From: an uncultured virus (IMG/VR IMGVR_UViG_3300020205_001316)
Taxonomy: Duplodnaviria; Heunggongvirae; Uroviricota; Caudoviricetes
Length of the DNA stretch: 64,000 bases
IMG/VR virus record: IMGVR_UViG_3300020205_001316
Direction: 5' to 3' (one strand)
Below, one piece after another: positions 18,440 through 28,789 of the stretch (its first letter is position 1; the number at the start of each line of letters is the position of its first letter). A model generated the notes under the pieces. It was not told the origin of the DNA. It did not search any database and saw only the letters and a program-made list of their open reading frames with translations. A program made the translations under genes and the position numbers.

Positions 18440-19265
18440 ATTTTTCTATTTTTTTAATTATTGCGTTTGCTTGTATATTATGTGCTTCTAATGATGTGTG
18501 TCCATTATAAACAATTATTTTTTTATTTAAAAAGAAAGTATCATTATTTAAACTCATACCTTTCTCTTTTTGTAAATCCCAAATTGAATTATATATTTTA
18601 TCATCTATTTTATATGTAATCCATCGTTCATTTAAATACGGATTATTTTGAAAAAATGGTATTGGTTCATTTTGCCAAGTATGAATAAAACATCTTTTAA
18701 TTCCTTTTGATTCATATAATTTAAATTTTTCTATTGTATTATTCATTAATTTTTGTAAATAATATTCAATAAATTTGTTTATATCATTATTAAATTCATC
18801 TTTTAAATAATGTATGAATCCGGAATTTTCCATATTTTCTCTTGATTTAATATTACAATATCCAATTATATCTTTATATCCAAATTTAACTTCATCTCTA
18901 AACATATCGGTTAATTGTAATACAATATAATCAAAATCTTCTAATCTATATTCAACAGACCTGCGAACAGTATCACTACCGACTCCTGGCATATTATTTA
19001 ATTTATATTGCTTAGGTAAATTATCTATAAAATCGAATATCATATTATTTGAACCACCATTTGATGTTCTTGTTAATTCAAATGTATTAAAATGGTTTGC
19101 TACTTTTCTAGCAAATCTATTAGCTTCTATAAATTTAATATGAGCAGGTGTATAATTTCTACCATCATGTCCCTGTTCATCAAATTTTATATCAGGTAAT
19201 TCGGAATACATATGCAATCCTTCACCCCAAGTAAATGAATCTCCTGGAAATAAAATACCTTTCAT
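18411..19265 (-). CDS. SGNH/GDSL-like hydrolase or acyltransferase (paralog of 16987-17901)
   Basis: FPGDSFTWG, NGGSN, QLT and NGH; shares FIxANRFxRxVANHF with its paralog. Confidence 0.5.
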   Translation of the reverse strand: MKGILFPGDSFTWGEGLHMYSELPDIKFDEQGHDGRNYTPAHIKFIEANRFARKVANHFNTFELTRTSNGGSNNMIFDFIDNLPKQYKLNNMPGVGSDTVRRSVEYRLEDFDYIVLQLTDMFRDEVKFGYKDIIGYCNIKSRENMENSGFIHYLKDEFNNDINKFIEYYLQKLMNNTIEKFKLYESKGIKRCFIHTWQNEPIPFFQNNPYLNERWITYKIDDKIYNSIWDLQKEKGMSLNNDTFFLNKKIIVYNGHTSLEAHNIQANAIIKKIEKYEQSTIHSI

Positions 19266-20908
19266 TAATTTTGAAATTCATCTTTATGTTCTAAATACCA
19301 CTCATATGCACTTTGCAATCCATCTTCTAATGATGTGGTTGCTTGCCATCCTAAGTTATCAAAAATCTTAAATGAATCAATTTTACGAGTTGGAATCATT
19401 GATGGTTTACCTTTTATAAATTCAGTTGGTGCATTGAAGTTTGCAATTCTTTTCATTATTTCTAATACTTCTAATACTGAGTATACTCTATTAGAACCAA
19501 TATTATAAACTTGATAATCTTCTTTTTCTTTTTCCATCACTAATTGTAATGCTTGTACAAAATCTTCAATGTATAATAAATCTCTTAATTCACTACCATC
19601 ACCCCAAACTGGAATTGGGTCCATCTTATCTGCTACTTTTCTAATTGTTGCAGGAGTTACATGACATTTATTGAAATCATATTTATCATGCGGTCCAAAT
19701 AAGTTTGCAGGTCTAATAACGGTACATTTCATTTTTACCGGTAAATACTTTGCATATAATTCACATTGAACTTCTGCATATCTTTTCATCCAACCCACAG
19801 GAAAGTAAACAGGATATGGTTCATCAAATAGGAAATCTGTCTCTACTACCGGCTTGTCTCCTTTTGGTGGATAAACTGTATTAGATGATAAGAAAATGTA
19901 ATGTGAAACTTTATTTCTCCACGCTGAATCAATTAAGAAATTGTTCATTGCTACATTTGGTGTAACATGTGCTAATGGGTCAACTACCGTATCTACTGCG
20001 TTTGATGTACTTGCTGCACAATGGTAAACCACATCAACATCTTTAGTTGCTTCTAAACATTGTTCATATGTTTTTAAATCAAAGTGAGTATATTCAACTC
20101 CTTCAATTGGATTTCTTACACCTCTTTTGTGTAAATTTACTTTAATGTTTTTGTAACCTTCTTTGTGTAATCGGTTTGTTAAGTTCTGTCCGACTAAACC
20201 AGAACCACCTGTTATCAGGATTTTTGAATCTTTAGTTATCATTCTATTTTGTTTTTTTATTGGTGCTAAATGTATAAAACTTATTAATGCCTTTCTATGA
20301 AAATTATCGTCCGTAATTTTTTTTACTTCGTGTTTTAAATTATAATTTTGAAAATCTAATATTGCAAAGTTACCAAATTCTGGTGTAATTTCCAAATTAT
20401 TATCATGCTCATCTGTAATTATTAATTCTCCACCCATCCCTTTTTTCCAATCTTTATTAAGATATAATATTACTACACATAATCTACTTTTGTCATCATC
20501 ATCTCCATCTTTATGCTTTTCTATAAAACAATCTTTATCATATAATGTAAATTCAAACAATGGATTTCCAAATCTTCTATTGTGTGTTGGGTATAATTTA
20601 GATAATTTATTAAAACAATATTCGGATATTTTATTACACCCTGTACCGGTTATTTCTGATTGATACCATACTTGTGCTAATTTTTCTTTTTTTAATATTA
20701 CATCATTTTTAAAATATTGTTGTGTTTTAAAACTAGCTTCCGGAACTATACTAACATTATTTACTCTTTCTAATGAATATATTAATTTATAATCAAAATC
20801 AATATAATTTTCTATTGATTGATATACTTTTTCCAATCTTTCAGAATATTCTTTTCCAAAAAATTCATTTCCATTTCCAGCATAATATGATTTATCGTTA
20901 TTAAACAT
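19265..20908 (-). CDS. 2OG-Fe(II) oxygenase fused to GDP-L-fucose synthase-like SDR (possibly two genes; second start at 20242)
   Basis: N-terminal HKD...ILYLN..W..GMGGEL...H.V...R; then MITKDSKILITGGSGLVG, RPANLFGP, VWGDGSELRDLLY. Confidence 0.75.
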   Translation of the reverse strand: MFNNDKSYYAGNGNEFFGKEYSERLEKVYQSIENYIDFDYKLIYSLERVNNVSIVPEASFKTQQYFKNDVILKKEKLAQVWYQSEITGTGCNKISEYCFNKLSKLYPTHNRRFGNPLFEFTLYDKDCFIEKHKDGDDDDKSRLCVVILYLNKDWKKGMGGELIITDEHDNNLEITPEFGNFAILDFQNYNLKHEVKKITDDNFHRKALISFIHLAPIKKQNRMITKDSKILITGGSGLVGQNLTNRLHKEGYKNIKVNLHKRGVRNPIEGVEYTHFDLKTYEQCLEATKDVDVVYHCAASTSNAVDTVVDPLAHVTPNVAMNNFLIDSAWRNKVSHYIFLSSNTVYPPKGDKPVVETDFLFDEPYPVYFPVGWMKRYAEVQCELYAKYLPVKMKCTVIRPANLFGPHDKYDFNKCHVTPATIRKVADKMDPIPVWGDGSELRDLLYIEDFVQALQLVMEKEKEDYQVYNIGSNRVYSVLEVLEIMKRIANFNAPTEFIKGKPSMIPTRKIDSFKIFDNLGWQATTSLEDGLQSAYEWYLEHKDEFQN

Positions 20909-21626
20909 TTTTAATTTCTATAAAATTTAAATATGAAAATCTATTAAAATCACCAATTACTTTATGTACTGAATGCACCGGTGAGTTTTTTGTAAAATCT
21001 ATTATTGCATAGTTTCCCAAAACAGGATATACAATATCAATTGTGTTTTGTCTATTTTTTAAAACCAATTCACCACCATTTCCAATTTTGTAAAAATCAG
21101 ACGGTGTTAAATAAATTAATAAAGCACATATTCTATCATTAGATGGCCCATCATCGTGCATTTTAATAAAGTCACCCTCAGTATACCAAGTTAATTGTGC
21201 TCTTTGAACAAATTCATTAGCATTTATATTTTTATTATAATGGTAATTTACAATTTTTGCGGCAATTGTATCCATTATTTTATAAAAAATATTTTCAAAA
21301 TATTTGTATTCTAATTCAAATCTTTTTTCTGCTTCAAACAAATCATTATGTAACAATTTATTTTGTTGATGCGGTTGTATTAATTCATCACCATTAAAAT
21401 TAATATATTGTTTAATTTCTTCAAATGTTTCTTTATCGTAATAACCAGATTGTTTACATTTTGGATGATCATTCATTGATGAACATAAGTAAGTAACTAA
21501 ATCAGTATTATCTTTGAATTTTATTAAAATATCAGAGTATAACGATTTAATATATTGTTCTTCTTCTTCGGTTAAAAATTCCCAAATAGAACCGCTAATG
21601 TATTCATTTTTTTGAACATCTAACAT
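20901..21626 (-). CDS. 2OG-Fe(II) oxygenase (prolyl-hydroxylase-like)
   Basis: HDD, LIYL, GGEL, HSV and R facial-triad/2OG-binding pattern. Confidence 0.8.
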   Translation of the reverse strand: MLDVQKNEYISGSIWEFLTEEEEQYIKSLYSDILIKFKDNTDLVTYLCSSMNDHPKCKQSGYYDKETFEEIKQYINFNGDELIQPHQQNKLLHNDLFEAEKRFELEYKYFENIFYKIMDTIAAKIVNYHYNKNINANEFVQRAQLTWYTEGDFIKMHDDGPSNDRICALLIYLTPSDFYKIGNGGELVLKNRQNTIDIVYPVLGNYAIIDFTKNSPVHSVHKVIGDFNRFSYLNFIEIKNV

Positions 21627-22028
21627 TTATACTATTTTATTTTTTTTCATGTTTTCTAAATTTGCCGTTTCAATTGCAATTATTTCATGTAATTCCATTC
21701 GTATTTTATCTAATCGTTTTCTATCTTCTGTTAATTGCAATTCTAATTCATCATTTTTTTCTTTTCTTATTTTTGCAATTTCTTTTTCAGTTTCAGTTGT
21801 ATATTCGTTATGTATTTTTTCTAATTCAAATTGTAAATCACCGCGCATTTTACTAACTCTTTCCTGGTCTTTTTGTATAGATTCATCTGTTTCCTGTATT
21901 TCTTTCCATTGATAATACAAACGACTTCTTTCTAACATTATTTTTTCTCTTTCCGTTTTTAATAATGCTTTTTGTTTTTCTAAAAATTCAAATTCTTTAT
22001 CTAATTCTGTTTGAGATATAACTTTCAT
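21627..22028 (-). CDS. Coiled-coil hypothetical protein
   Basis: E/K/R/L-rich heptads, 133 aa. Confidence 0.5.
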   Translation of the reverse strand: MKVISQTELDKEFEFLEKQKALLKTEREKIMLERSRLYYQWKEIQETDESIQKDQERVSKMRGDLQFELEKIHNEYTTETEKEIAKIRKEKNDELELQLTEDRKRLDKIRMELHEIIAIETANLENMKKNKIV

Positions 22029-22935
22029 ATGTTAATTTTAATGCTTCATTGAAACCTAATATTGGTAACAAACCTATTTCTTTTTGTTTAGTGGTATCCA
22101 TTTGTCTTCTCATATCACCATTTGGTTTAGTAATATCCCACTTAATATAAATATCCTTTCCACTAATTTTTATTAATTGTTCAATCATTGATTTGATTGT
22201 AATTTCTTCACCTGCTCCAAAGTTAATAGTAGTATGTATTTGTTTTTCATACAAAGATAATATTGCATTTGCTACATCACCTGCATAAACAAAATCTCTA
22301 ATTGGTGTTCCATCTCCCCATGCTTCAATTTCATTTTCAGCTTCAAACACTTTTTTACATTGAGTTGCAATTACTGTTCCTGTTCCGTCAAAATTATCAT
22401 ACTCACCAAAGATGTTTGCTGGTCTTATGATTGCCCAATTTGTATAATTGTATTGAACTTTGTATGCTTCTAATAAAACTTCTCCCATTCTTTTACTCCA
22501 ACTTGGAAACCAATCTGCTTCCGATGGTAATGTTTTCCACACACTATCTTCTATAAATGTTTCCGCCGGTGCATATACTCCAACTGAACTAACAAACACT
22601 AACCAAATATTATTCTTTGCACATTGATTTATAATCTCTGTATTGATTTTAAATGATGGGTAAAGGAAATCTACTGGATTATTCTTTGCTCTCAATGGTG
22701 AACCTTTAATACCGAAGCAATTGAATACTGCATCAGGTGTTTCATAAAAGAAAAGATTTTTAACATTATCTTCTATTGTTAAATCCATTTCATAGAATGT
22801 AAATTTTTCCGATGTTGGTAGATTTTCAGAATGTCTCATGTCGACACCTACTACTTCATATCCCGCTACTAAACATTTTTTTACTAAGTGTATTCCAACT
22901 AAACCACTACAACCTGTTATTAAAACTTTTTTCAT
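21997..22935 (-). CDS. GDP-L-fucose synthase-like NDP-sugar epimerase/reductase (extended SDR)
   Basis: TGCSGLVG, RPANIFG, AWGDGTPIRDFVY and KPNGDMRR. Confidence 0.8.
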   Translation of the reverse strand: MKKVLITGCSGLVGIHLVKKCLVAGYEVVGVDMRHSENLPTSEKFTFYEMDLTIEDNVKNLFFYETPDAVFNCFGIKGSPLRAKNNPVDFLYPSFKINTEIINQCAKNNIWLVFVSSVGVYAPAETFIEDSVWKTLPSEADWFPSWSKRMGEVLLEAYKVQYNYTNWAIIRPANIFGEYDNFDGTGTVIATQCKKVFEAENEIEAWGDGTPIRDFVYAGDVANAILSLYEKQIHTTINFGAGEEITIKSMIEQLIKISGKDIYIKWDITKPNGDMRRQMDTTKQKEIGLLPILGFNEALKLTYESYISNRIR

Positions 22936-24227
22936 TATATTATTTTTGTTTCTATTAATTTTGAGTATATTCCATATAACACTTCATTTCGATTGAATCC
23001 TAAAAGTAATTTTTGATTTGCTTCTATTTTATCCATATCGAACTCAGGAAGTGAATCATGTTCTTCATAGTATTTTAATAATTTTCTAATCTCTTCAAAT
23101 GTTTTTACTAATCTTAACCAAGGAAATTCTTCTTTATCTAAATATTCATAATTTATAAAAGGTGGAATATAAAATCCCATATCTTCTAAAATCTTTGTTG
23201 TATATCTTGGACCTATTACTATAAATGGATGACAATTTGCAATTGGTCTTAATACTTTTTCTGAAATCATAATATCTCTTTCAAAAAATTTAGTTTCTAA
23301 TACAATTGAAAATAAACTTTCTGCATATAACCAACTATCATTATTCCAATTGTGTAATAAGTTTTCTACATAACCAGGATCATCTGTTTTAACATCTACT
23401 GATACTTCATTATGTGGATAATTTTCTAAATAGAATTTTTTATATGTTTCTAATTCTTCTAATCCCATTGTATTATAAAATTCAACATGCTCATCTGGAA
23501 ATTCTAAAAAAGAAATATAATTATCATCTATAATTCCTTGCATTTTACAAAAATTATAAAAGTAAAATCTATGTTCTCTTTTTACATTTCTATTAAATGA
23601 TAATATTAATTTTCGTTTGGCCGTAGTATCTGCCATTTCTCTACTACACACACTAAACATACTACCATCGTTTTTAAAATTATGGTCTAAATCGTAAGTT
23701 AAAAATGGAAAGAAAATATGATTACCTTTTGCGAATTTTTCTATATTATAAGATGGTGTTATTGTATAAATTTGATTTACATATTTATTTTGATTTATCC
23801 ATTTATAAAATGTAGGATATACCCCACTTTCGTGAAAACTAATAAATAATATTTTATTTCCTTTTTCTAATATAGTATCATAGTATGGTAAATATTCTCC
23901 TAAATCTTCCATATGAACTTTTGGTGTAACTAAATAATAATTTTCATTAGCACCCTCTAATTTAGCTTTATCAGTTAAAACTATTTTTAAATCTTTATGT
24001 TCAAATACAATTGCATATCTTTGTTGACCATATTGTGCTCTTAAAAAGATTTCATTTAAACTACTTTGTAATTCACTATCTCGTATTTCATCAATAACAC
24101 CTGTAAAGTTATTTACCGCAAATGATTGTTTAAATTTAAAATCAAAGACACCATTTGGTAATGGAGTATAACCATCATTAATTCCATCGTTTGCCCAATT
24201 TTCAATATAAAAATTAATTAATTTCAT
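22935..24227 (-). CDS. GT10-like glycosyltransferase
   Basis: SFNR..K.HR, FSIVLET and ISEKVLRPIANCHPFIVIG. Confidence 0.5.
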   Translation of the reverse strand: MKLINFYIENWANDGINDGYTPLPNGVFDFKFKQSFAVNNFTGVIDEIRDSELQSSLNEIFLRAQYGQQRYAIVFEHKDLKIVLTDKAKLEGANENYYLVTPKVHMEDLGEYLPYYDTILEKGNKILFISFHESGVYPTFYKWINQNKYVNQIYTITPSYNIEKFAKGNHIFFPFLTYDLDHNFKNDGSMFSVCSREMADTTAKRKLILSFNRNVKREHRFYFYNFCKMQGIIDDNYISFLEFPDEHVEFYNTMGLEELETYKKFYLENYPHNEVSVDVKTDDPGYVENLLHNWNNDSWLYAESLFSIVLETKFFERDIMISEKVLRPIANCHPFIVIGPRYTTKILEDMGFYIPPFINYEYLDKEEFPWLRLVKTFEEIRKLLKYYEEHDSLPEFDMDKIEANQKLLLGFNRNEVLYGIYSKLIETKII

Positions 24228-25735
24228 ATTTCAAATATGTTATAAAATAATTCTTGTATTGTTTGATAATCTGAAAATGTTCTACATAATTTTGAGTTGT
24301 ATATAACATCTTCTTTACTATCCATAAATATTTTGTGTAGTTTTTTTGAATCGTTTAATTCATCGGTAAGTTTTACTACTGCTTTCATTCTATCTCTATG
24401 GTTAAATATTTTATCATAACTTTCATCAAAATATTTATCAAATGTTCTAAATCCTTTTTCTTTTAACATTTCTAAATATAATGGGCCGGCTACTGCAATA
24501 AATGGATGATAATAACGTAATGCCTTTACTCCCTTTTCAGAAACTTGACAACTTGTAAAGGATGATTCAGTAAGTAATGTCATATATGTTCTTAAAAAAG
24601 TAAAATCAAATGTTGGTTTACTCCAATCAATCCAACCATAATGAACTCTCTTTCCGTTTGCAAAAAATGTAGTATCTTCAAACGTATCTACATCATCAAT
24701 TTTAACTACACCCCTATCTTTTACTTGTTGCATATAGGGTAACAATGCTTTAAATTCTTCTTCTGTTGCAAATGCAGGAAATCCTCTATAAATGTCTTGT
24801 CCAAATTGTATTTCTCTATCATATGGGAATATCATAGAAAATAAACAATCATCTAATATTTTATTTTTTTGTAATTGTGATAAATACCAAAATCTATGGT
24901 CTTTGAATACTGAACGATTGAATATTAAAAAATTCTTTTCTCTACCACCTTCATAATTTAATACATCTTCATCATATGGATTATTAGAATACGCCCCACA
25001 TGCAGTTGTAAATAACCAATCTACAAAATGACAATGTATTTTATTTTTCTTAGGTATTAAATCTTTATTACAAAATTTACTATGTTGTAAATTTATATTT
25101 GCGTCAGCATTAACATAATGAATACTATCTGGACTAATTCCTAATATTTTACAACTATCATATAATTTTGTAAAAAAAGAATCATAATGAACACCACCTT
25201 CGTGAAACGTAGCAATTATTAATTTCAAATCACCTTCTCTAATTGCATTTATTATCCTTTCATCTAAATTTAAAAGTGGTTTATTTGGTGATTGTTGTTC
25301 TTCTAAATTAGTTACTGTTAATGATGGTGTTTGGAATAAAAAATCTTCATTACCAAATAAATTTATTGCGTAATAATTGTTTTCACCTTTTTGTATATGG
25401 TCTGGTTTAATTAAATTAACCTCAAATTCCTTATCATTTTTTGAAAAGGTATATTTTCTATCATTTACTTTTGTAAAAAAATGTAAAATATTTTCATAGA
25501 TAGTTCTTGTATAAAATACATTGAATGTTTTTTCAGGATATCTCGATGATAAATTAATTACCATATGATGGTCAGTATATCCTCTTGTAAAAAAATCATT
25601 TGTAGATACACCATGCAATTGTATTTGCTCTAATGTGCTATTATATGCTTCCTCAGTTAAACCATTTGGGAATATAACACCATCTTGTTCATATTCGTAT
25701 ATAAAATTAATTTTCTTCATTAAAATATAACCCAT
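24224..25735 (-). CDS. GT10-like glycosyltransferase
   Basis: FNR...KDHR, LLTES, VSEKGVKAL..HPFI and GFRTF...DESYD. Confidence 0.5.
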   Translation of the reverse strand: MGYILMKKINFIYEYEQDGVIFPNGLTEEAYNSTLEQIQLHGVSTNDFFTRGYTDHHMVINLSSRYPEKTFNVFYTRTIYENILHFFTKVNDRKYTFSKNDKEFEVNLIKPDHIQKGENNYYAINLFGNEDFLFQTPSLTVTNLEEQQSPNKPLLNLDERIINAIREGDLKLIIATFHEGGVHYDSFFTKLYDSCKILGISPDSIHYVNADANINLQHSKFCNKDLIPKKNKIHCHFVDWLFTTACGAYSNNPYDEDVLNYEGGREKNFLIFNRSVFKDHRFWYLSQLQKNKILDDCLFSMIFPYDREIQFGQDIYRGFPAFATEEEFKALLPYMQQVKDRGVVKIDDVDTFEDTTFFANGKRVHYGWIDWSKPTFDFTFLRTYMTLLTESSFTSCQVSEKGVKALRYYHPFIAVAGPLYLEMLKEKGFRTFDKYFDESYDKIFNHRDRMKAVVKLTDELNDSKKLHKIFMDSKEDVIYNSKLCRTFSDYQTIQELFYNIFEI

Positions 25736-26352
25736 TTACCTGTCCCATAATGCGGCCATACTTTTTCATATGAATACCAAATAACTTTTTCTGATGGGAT
25801 ATCTCTTTTTTCTCCGTTCCAAGTTGCTTCAGTTGGTGTGTTTGTTGATACGCCATTATCTTCTACTACAAATATAATAGGTAAATCATATCTAACTGCA
25901 TATTTGTGCATTTCATAAAATCCGCCAGTCTCAAATGCCATATCACCTATGAAACAAAATACTTTATCATTTTTACCATCTCTTTTGTTTGCCATTGCTA
26001 CACCCGTTGCTATTGGTATGATTGCACCTACAATTGCCGATGCATAGAATCTTTGTTCCTCACTAACAATTGTAATACTTCTACCCGCTAAGATTTCGTC
26101 TTCTAGCCACTTAGGGTCAACACCTTTGATTAGTGCGTGATAGTGAGAACGCCAGGTTGAAAATACCCAATCTGTATCTTTAATTCTTTTACCAATTTCA
26201 ATTAGTTGTTCTTCGTTACCACCACTAAGATGCACCGGTCCTTTAATCTTACCTGCTTCCCAATGGTCTGCAATCATTCTTTCGTATTTAATTAATTCAT
26301 CCTTTGTAAATCTAGCTTCAGATACAATTGGATATTTTTCTAAGTATGTCAT
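25720..26352 (-). CDS. Pyruvate dehydrogenase E1 alpha-like TPP-binding subunit (stand-alone, short)
   Basis: GPVHLSGGNE, STWRSHYH, SAIVG and the TPP motif GDMA...EDN. Confidence 0.82.
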   Translation of the reverse strand: MTYLEKYPIVSEARFTKDELIKYERMIADHWEAGKIKGPVHLSGGNEEQLIEIGKRIKDTDWVFSTWRSHYHALIKGVDPKWLEDEILAGRSITIVSEEQRFYASAIVGAIIPIATGVAMANKRDGKNDKVFCFIGDMAFETGGFYEMHKYAVRYDLPIIFVVEDNGVSTNTPTEATWNGEKRDIPSEKVIWYSYEKVWPHYGTGKWVIF

Positions 26353-26978
26353 ATATATTTTTTAAATACAGGTTGTTTTGTTAAATCATTATATGTTTTA
26401 TATGAACCACAATCTTCATTAAAGTCTTTAATTTTATTATTAAAAATATTAATTCCAATTTCAGCATCTTCTGGTGTCATATACATATGATATCCTATAC
26501 AATCTAACTCATCTTCATTATACATTTTATCTATATGTCTTCCATCATATATCATAGGTCTACTCCAATATACGAAATTTTTATCATTCGTCAAAATAAT
26601 TCCACCTTTTCCTATGTTAAGTATTTTCCTATGATGAAACGATAATATCATATATGAATCATGTGTTGTATCGTAATACATTCCTTTATAAAACGCACAT
26701 GCTGCATCTACAATTGGTACTCCACCAAATTTATATTTACCATGCCAATGAATCTCATCAAATTTAGGAATATTACCACTATGAATAATTTGCATAGGAA
26801 CTGATGCGTATGTATTTTTTGGTATTTCAATTTCTTTATTTTTAATATTCAGATATTCTAATACCAATTTTATTGCGTTTGAATTACTATCACATGCTAC
26901 TGCATATTTTGAACCACAATAATCTGCAATAAGTTGTTCAAATTCTAATACTTTATCCCAATCGTTATTTAATTTCAT
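26349..26978 (-). CDS. Short DegT/DnrJ/EryC1/StrS-family PLP sugar aminotransferase
   Basis: FEQLIADYCGSKYAVA, TYASVP, DAA and LSFHHRKILNIGKGG with the PLP lysine. Confidence 0.75.
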   Translation of the reverse strand: MKLNNDWDKVLEFEQLIADYCGSKYAVACDSNSNAIKLVLEYLNIKNKEIEIPKNTYASVPMQIIHSGNIPKFDEIHWHGKYKFGGVPIVDAACAFYKGMYYDTTHDSYMILSFHHRKILNIGKGGIILTNDKNFVYWSRPMIYDGRHIDKMYNEDELDCIGYHMYMTPEDAEIGINIFNNKIKDFNEDCGSYKTYNDLTKQPVFKKYI

Positions 26979-27660
26979 CTACTGCTTTTTTACCATCAAA
27001 CCAATATAAACTTCTATGTGGATTTGTGTTTACAGAATTTGATGTGTAATAAAATAATCTAAATCCATCTCTATATTGACCCTCTGGACAATTCAATGGA
27101 TTTGGGTGTCCGTGAAACCCTAATTCATCGTATTCAGATATTACTGCATTACCCCAATTAGGAAAATAACTTTTAACACATTTTTTATTTTTTTTATCCC
27201 AAAATTGTATATCACCATGCCATTCTTTTTGCCAACCTTCATTAAGATAGATTACTAATGTTAATATTCTATTCAATTTAATTGTGTCATTCCAATTAAA
27301 ATCCGTATGTATTTTTAAACTATCACCCACGCCACATCTCATATAACCTGCACCATGTAAATGAATATCGGGTAACAATCCACTAATATTTGTTGTTTCT
27401 TCTAACCATGTAACAAATTCAGTTGAATGTAAATATGAAACTAAACTATATGCAATTGGTGTATTGTTTTGATTATAGTTACACCACTCATACATTGCCG
27501 AACCATTTCTATTGAAAAATTTAAATTCATTCTTACGATACTCAAATAAATTATTCAATTCTTCTTTTAATTTTGAAGCAACTTCATAATCTATAAATTT
27601 ATCAAAAGTCCAATGATTTATAGGTTTGGTTTCTTTGTTATATAATTTATTTATTTTCAT
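26965..27660 (-). CDS. 2OG-Fe(II) oxygenase
   Basis: LHGAG, LKIHTDFN, VIYLNEGW, FHGHP and R..FRLFYY. Confidence 0.82.
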   Translation of the reverse strand: MKINKLYNKETKPINHWTFDKFIDYEVASKLKEELNNLFEYRKNEFKFFNRNGSAMYEWCNYNQNNTPIAYSLVSYLHSTEFVTWLEETTNISGLLPDIHLHGAGYMRCGVGDSLKIHTDFNWNDTIKLNRILTLVIYLNEGWQKEWHGDIQFWDKKNKKCVKSYFPNWGNAVISEYDELGFHGHPNPLNCPEGQYRDGFRLFYYTSNSVNTNPHRSLYWFDGKKAVDEIK

Positions 27661-28789
27661 TTAATAATTTTTCAATAAAAGTATTGTTTTTTATATATGA
27701 ATCAAATATTTCCATATTTTCTTTTGCAACTTGATACAATTCTTTTTTTATTAATGCATACTCATCTTCTTTACACATTAAAATATGATGTATTATTCTT
27801 GTTTCATCTGAAAATTTATTAAATATTTCTAATTTTTTATAATTTTTAAATCCAAACTTTTCCATAAACTGGTCGGTAACAGGACACATTGCTATAAATG
27901 GTTTACCTACTGCTAACATATCATATGTTTTTTCTGTAACTAGATTTTTTTGCATATCACCTTCAGTACCATTATCCGTTTCCATTAGGATTGATATATC
28001 ACTTTTAATTGTAGTATTTATAAATTTTTTGAAATTAATTTTATAGTCTAAATCACCATTACCATCGAAAAAATCATCTATAATAAATTCTTTATCCATA
28101 TTAGCAAAAAAACCTAAATCATCCTTATACATGCTTTCCATATTTTGATATTGTTCTAATAATGATTGATTATATTTGTTATAATCAATATTATTTTTAA
28201 TCATTTCAATATGAAAGTTATTTACTGAATAAAATAATGTTTTATATCTTTTGTAAAATAATTTGGCGTATTTTATTCTATTTGGTTTGAATGGTAAATA
28301 AATTGAATAATCCATTCTATATGGTTTCGCGTGTATCATACCAAATGTTTCTCTTAACAAATAATGATAGTTCCAATCTTTGTGGTAAACATATCTATTC
28401 AATAACAATGATAAATCAAATATACAATTTTCTTCATCTGTTATTTCTGATGTTAGATAAAACAAATTTGGATAATCCTCGTCTGCTTTTTTAGGTATAT
28501 GATGGTCTAAATTTAATGGACATAATTCAAAAAACTTTTTATCCGGATTTCTTTTTATTAATTCTTGAATTTCTTTTACATCACAACAATCCCATAAAAA
28601 ATTTACATCACATTCAAAATCAGGAACTAATCTTATATCATGCACATCTATTAATTTAAAATATGCATATTCCCATTGAAAATCATTTAAATTTTTTAAA
28701 TCATATTTTGAATTTTTAAACATCCAAAATAATGTTGCTACCTTTTGTATATCCAAATTAGGACTTCTAAAAAATACTCCTATTTCCAT
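27647..28789 (-). CDS. Divergent GT10-like glycosyltransferase
   Basis: ISILMET, VTEKTYD..VGKPFI and GFKNY. Confidence 0.45.
   Translation of the reverse strand: MEIGVFFRSPNLDIQKVATLFWMFKNSKYDLKNLNDFQWEYAYFKLIDVHDIRLVPDFECDVNFLWDCCDVKEIQELIKRNPDKKFFELCPLNLDHHIPKKADEDYPNLFYLTSEITDEENCIFDLSLLLNRYVYHKDWNYHYLLRETFGMIHAKPYRMDYSIYLPFKPNRIKYAKLFYKRYKTLFYSVNNFHIEMIKNNIDYNKYNQSLLEQYQNMESMYKDDLGFFANMDKEFIIDDFFDGNGDLDYKINFKKFINTTIKSDISILMETDNGTEGDMQKNLVTEKTYDMLAVGKPFIAMCPVTDQFMEKFGFKNYKKLEIFNKFSDETRIIHHILMCKEDEYALIKKELYQVAKENMEIFDSYIKNNTFIEKLLNENK

Noticed and set aside
17894..26352. Reading E1 alpha/beta as a pyruvate dehydrogenase auxiliary metabolic gene
   Set aside because: Both are much shorter than true E1 subunits, no E2 or E3 is present in the window, and the context is entirely NDP-sugar enzymes.
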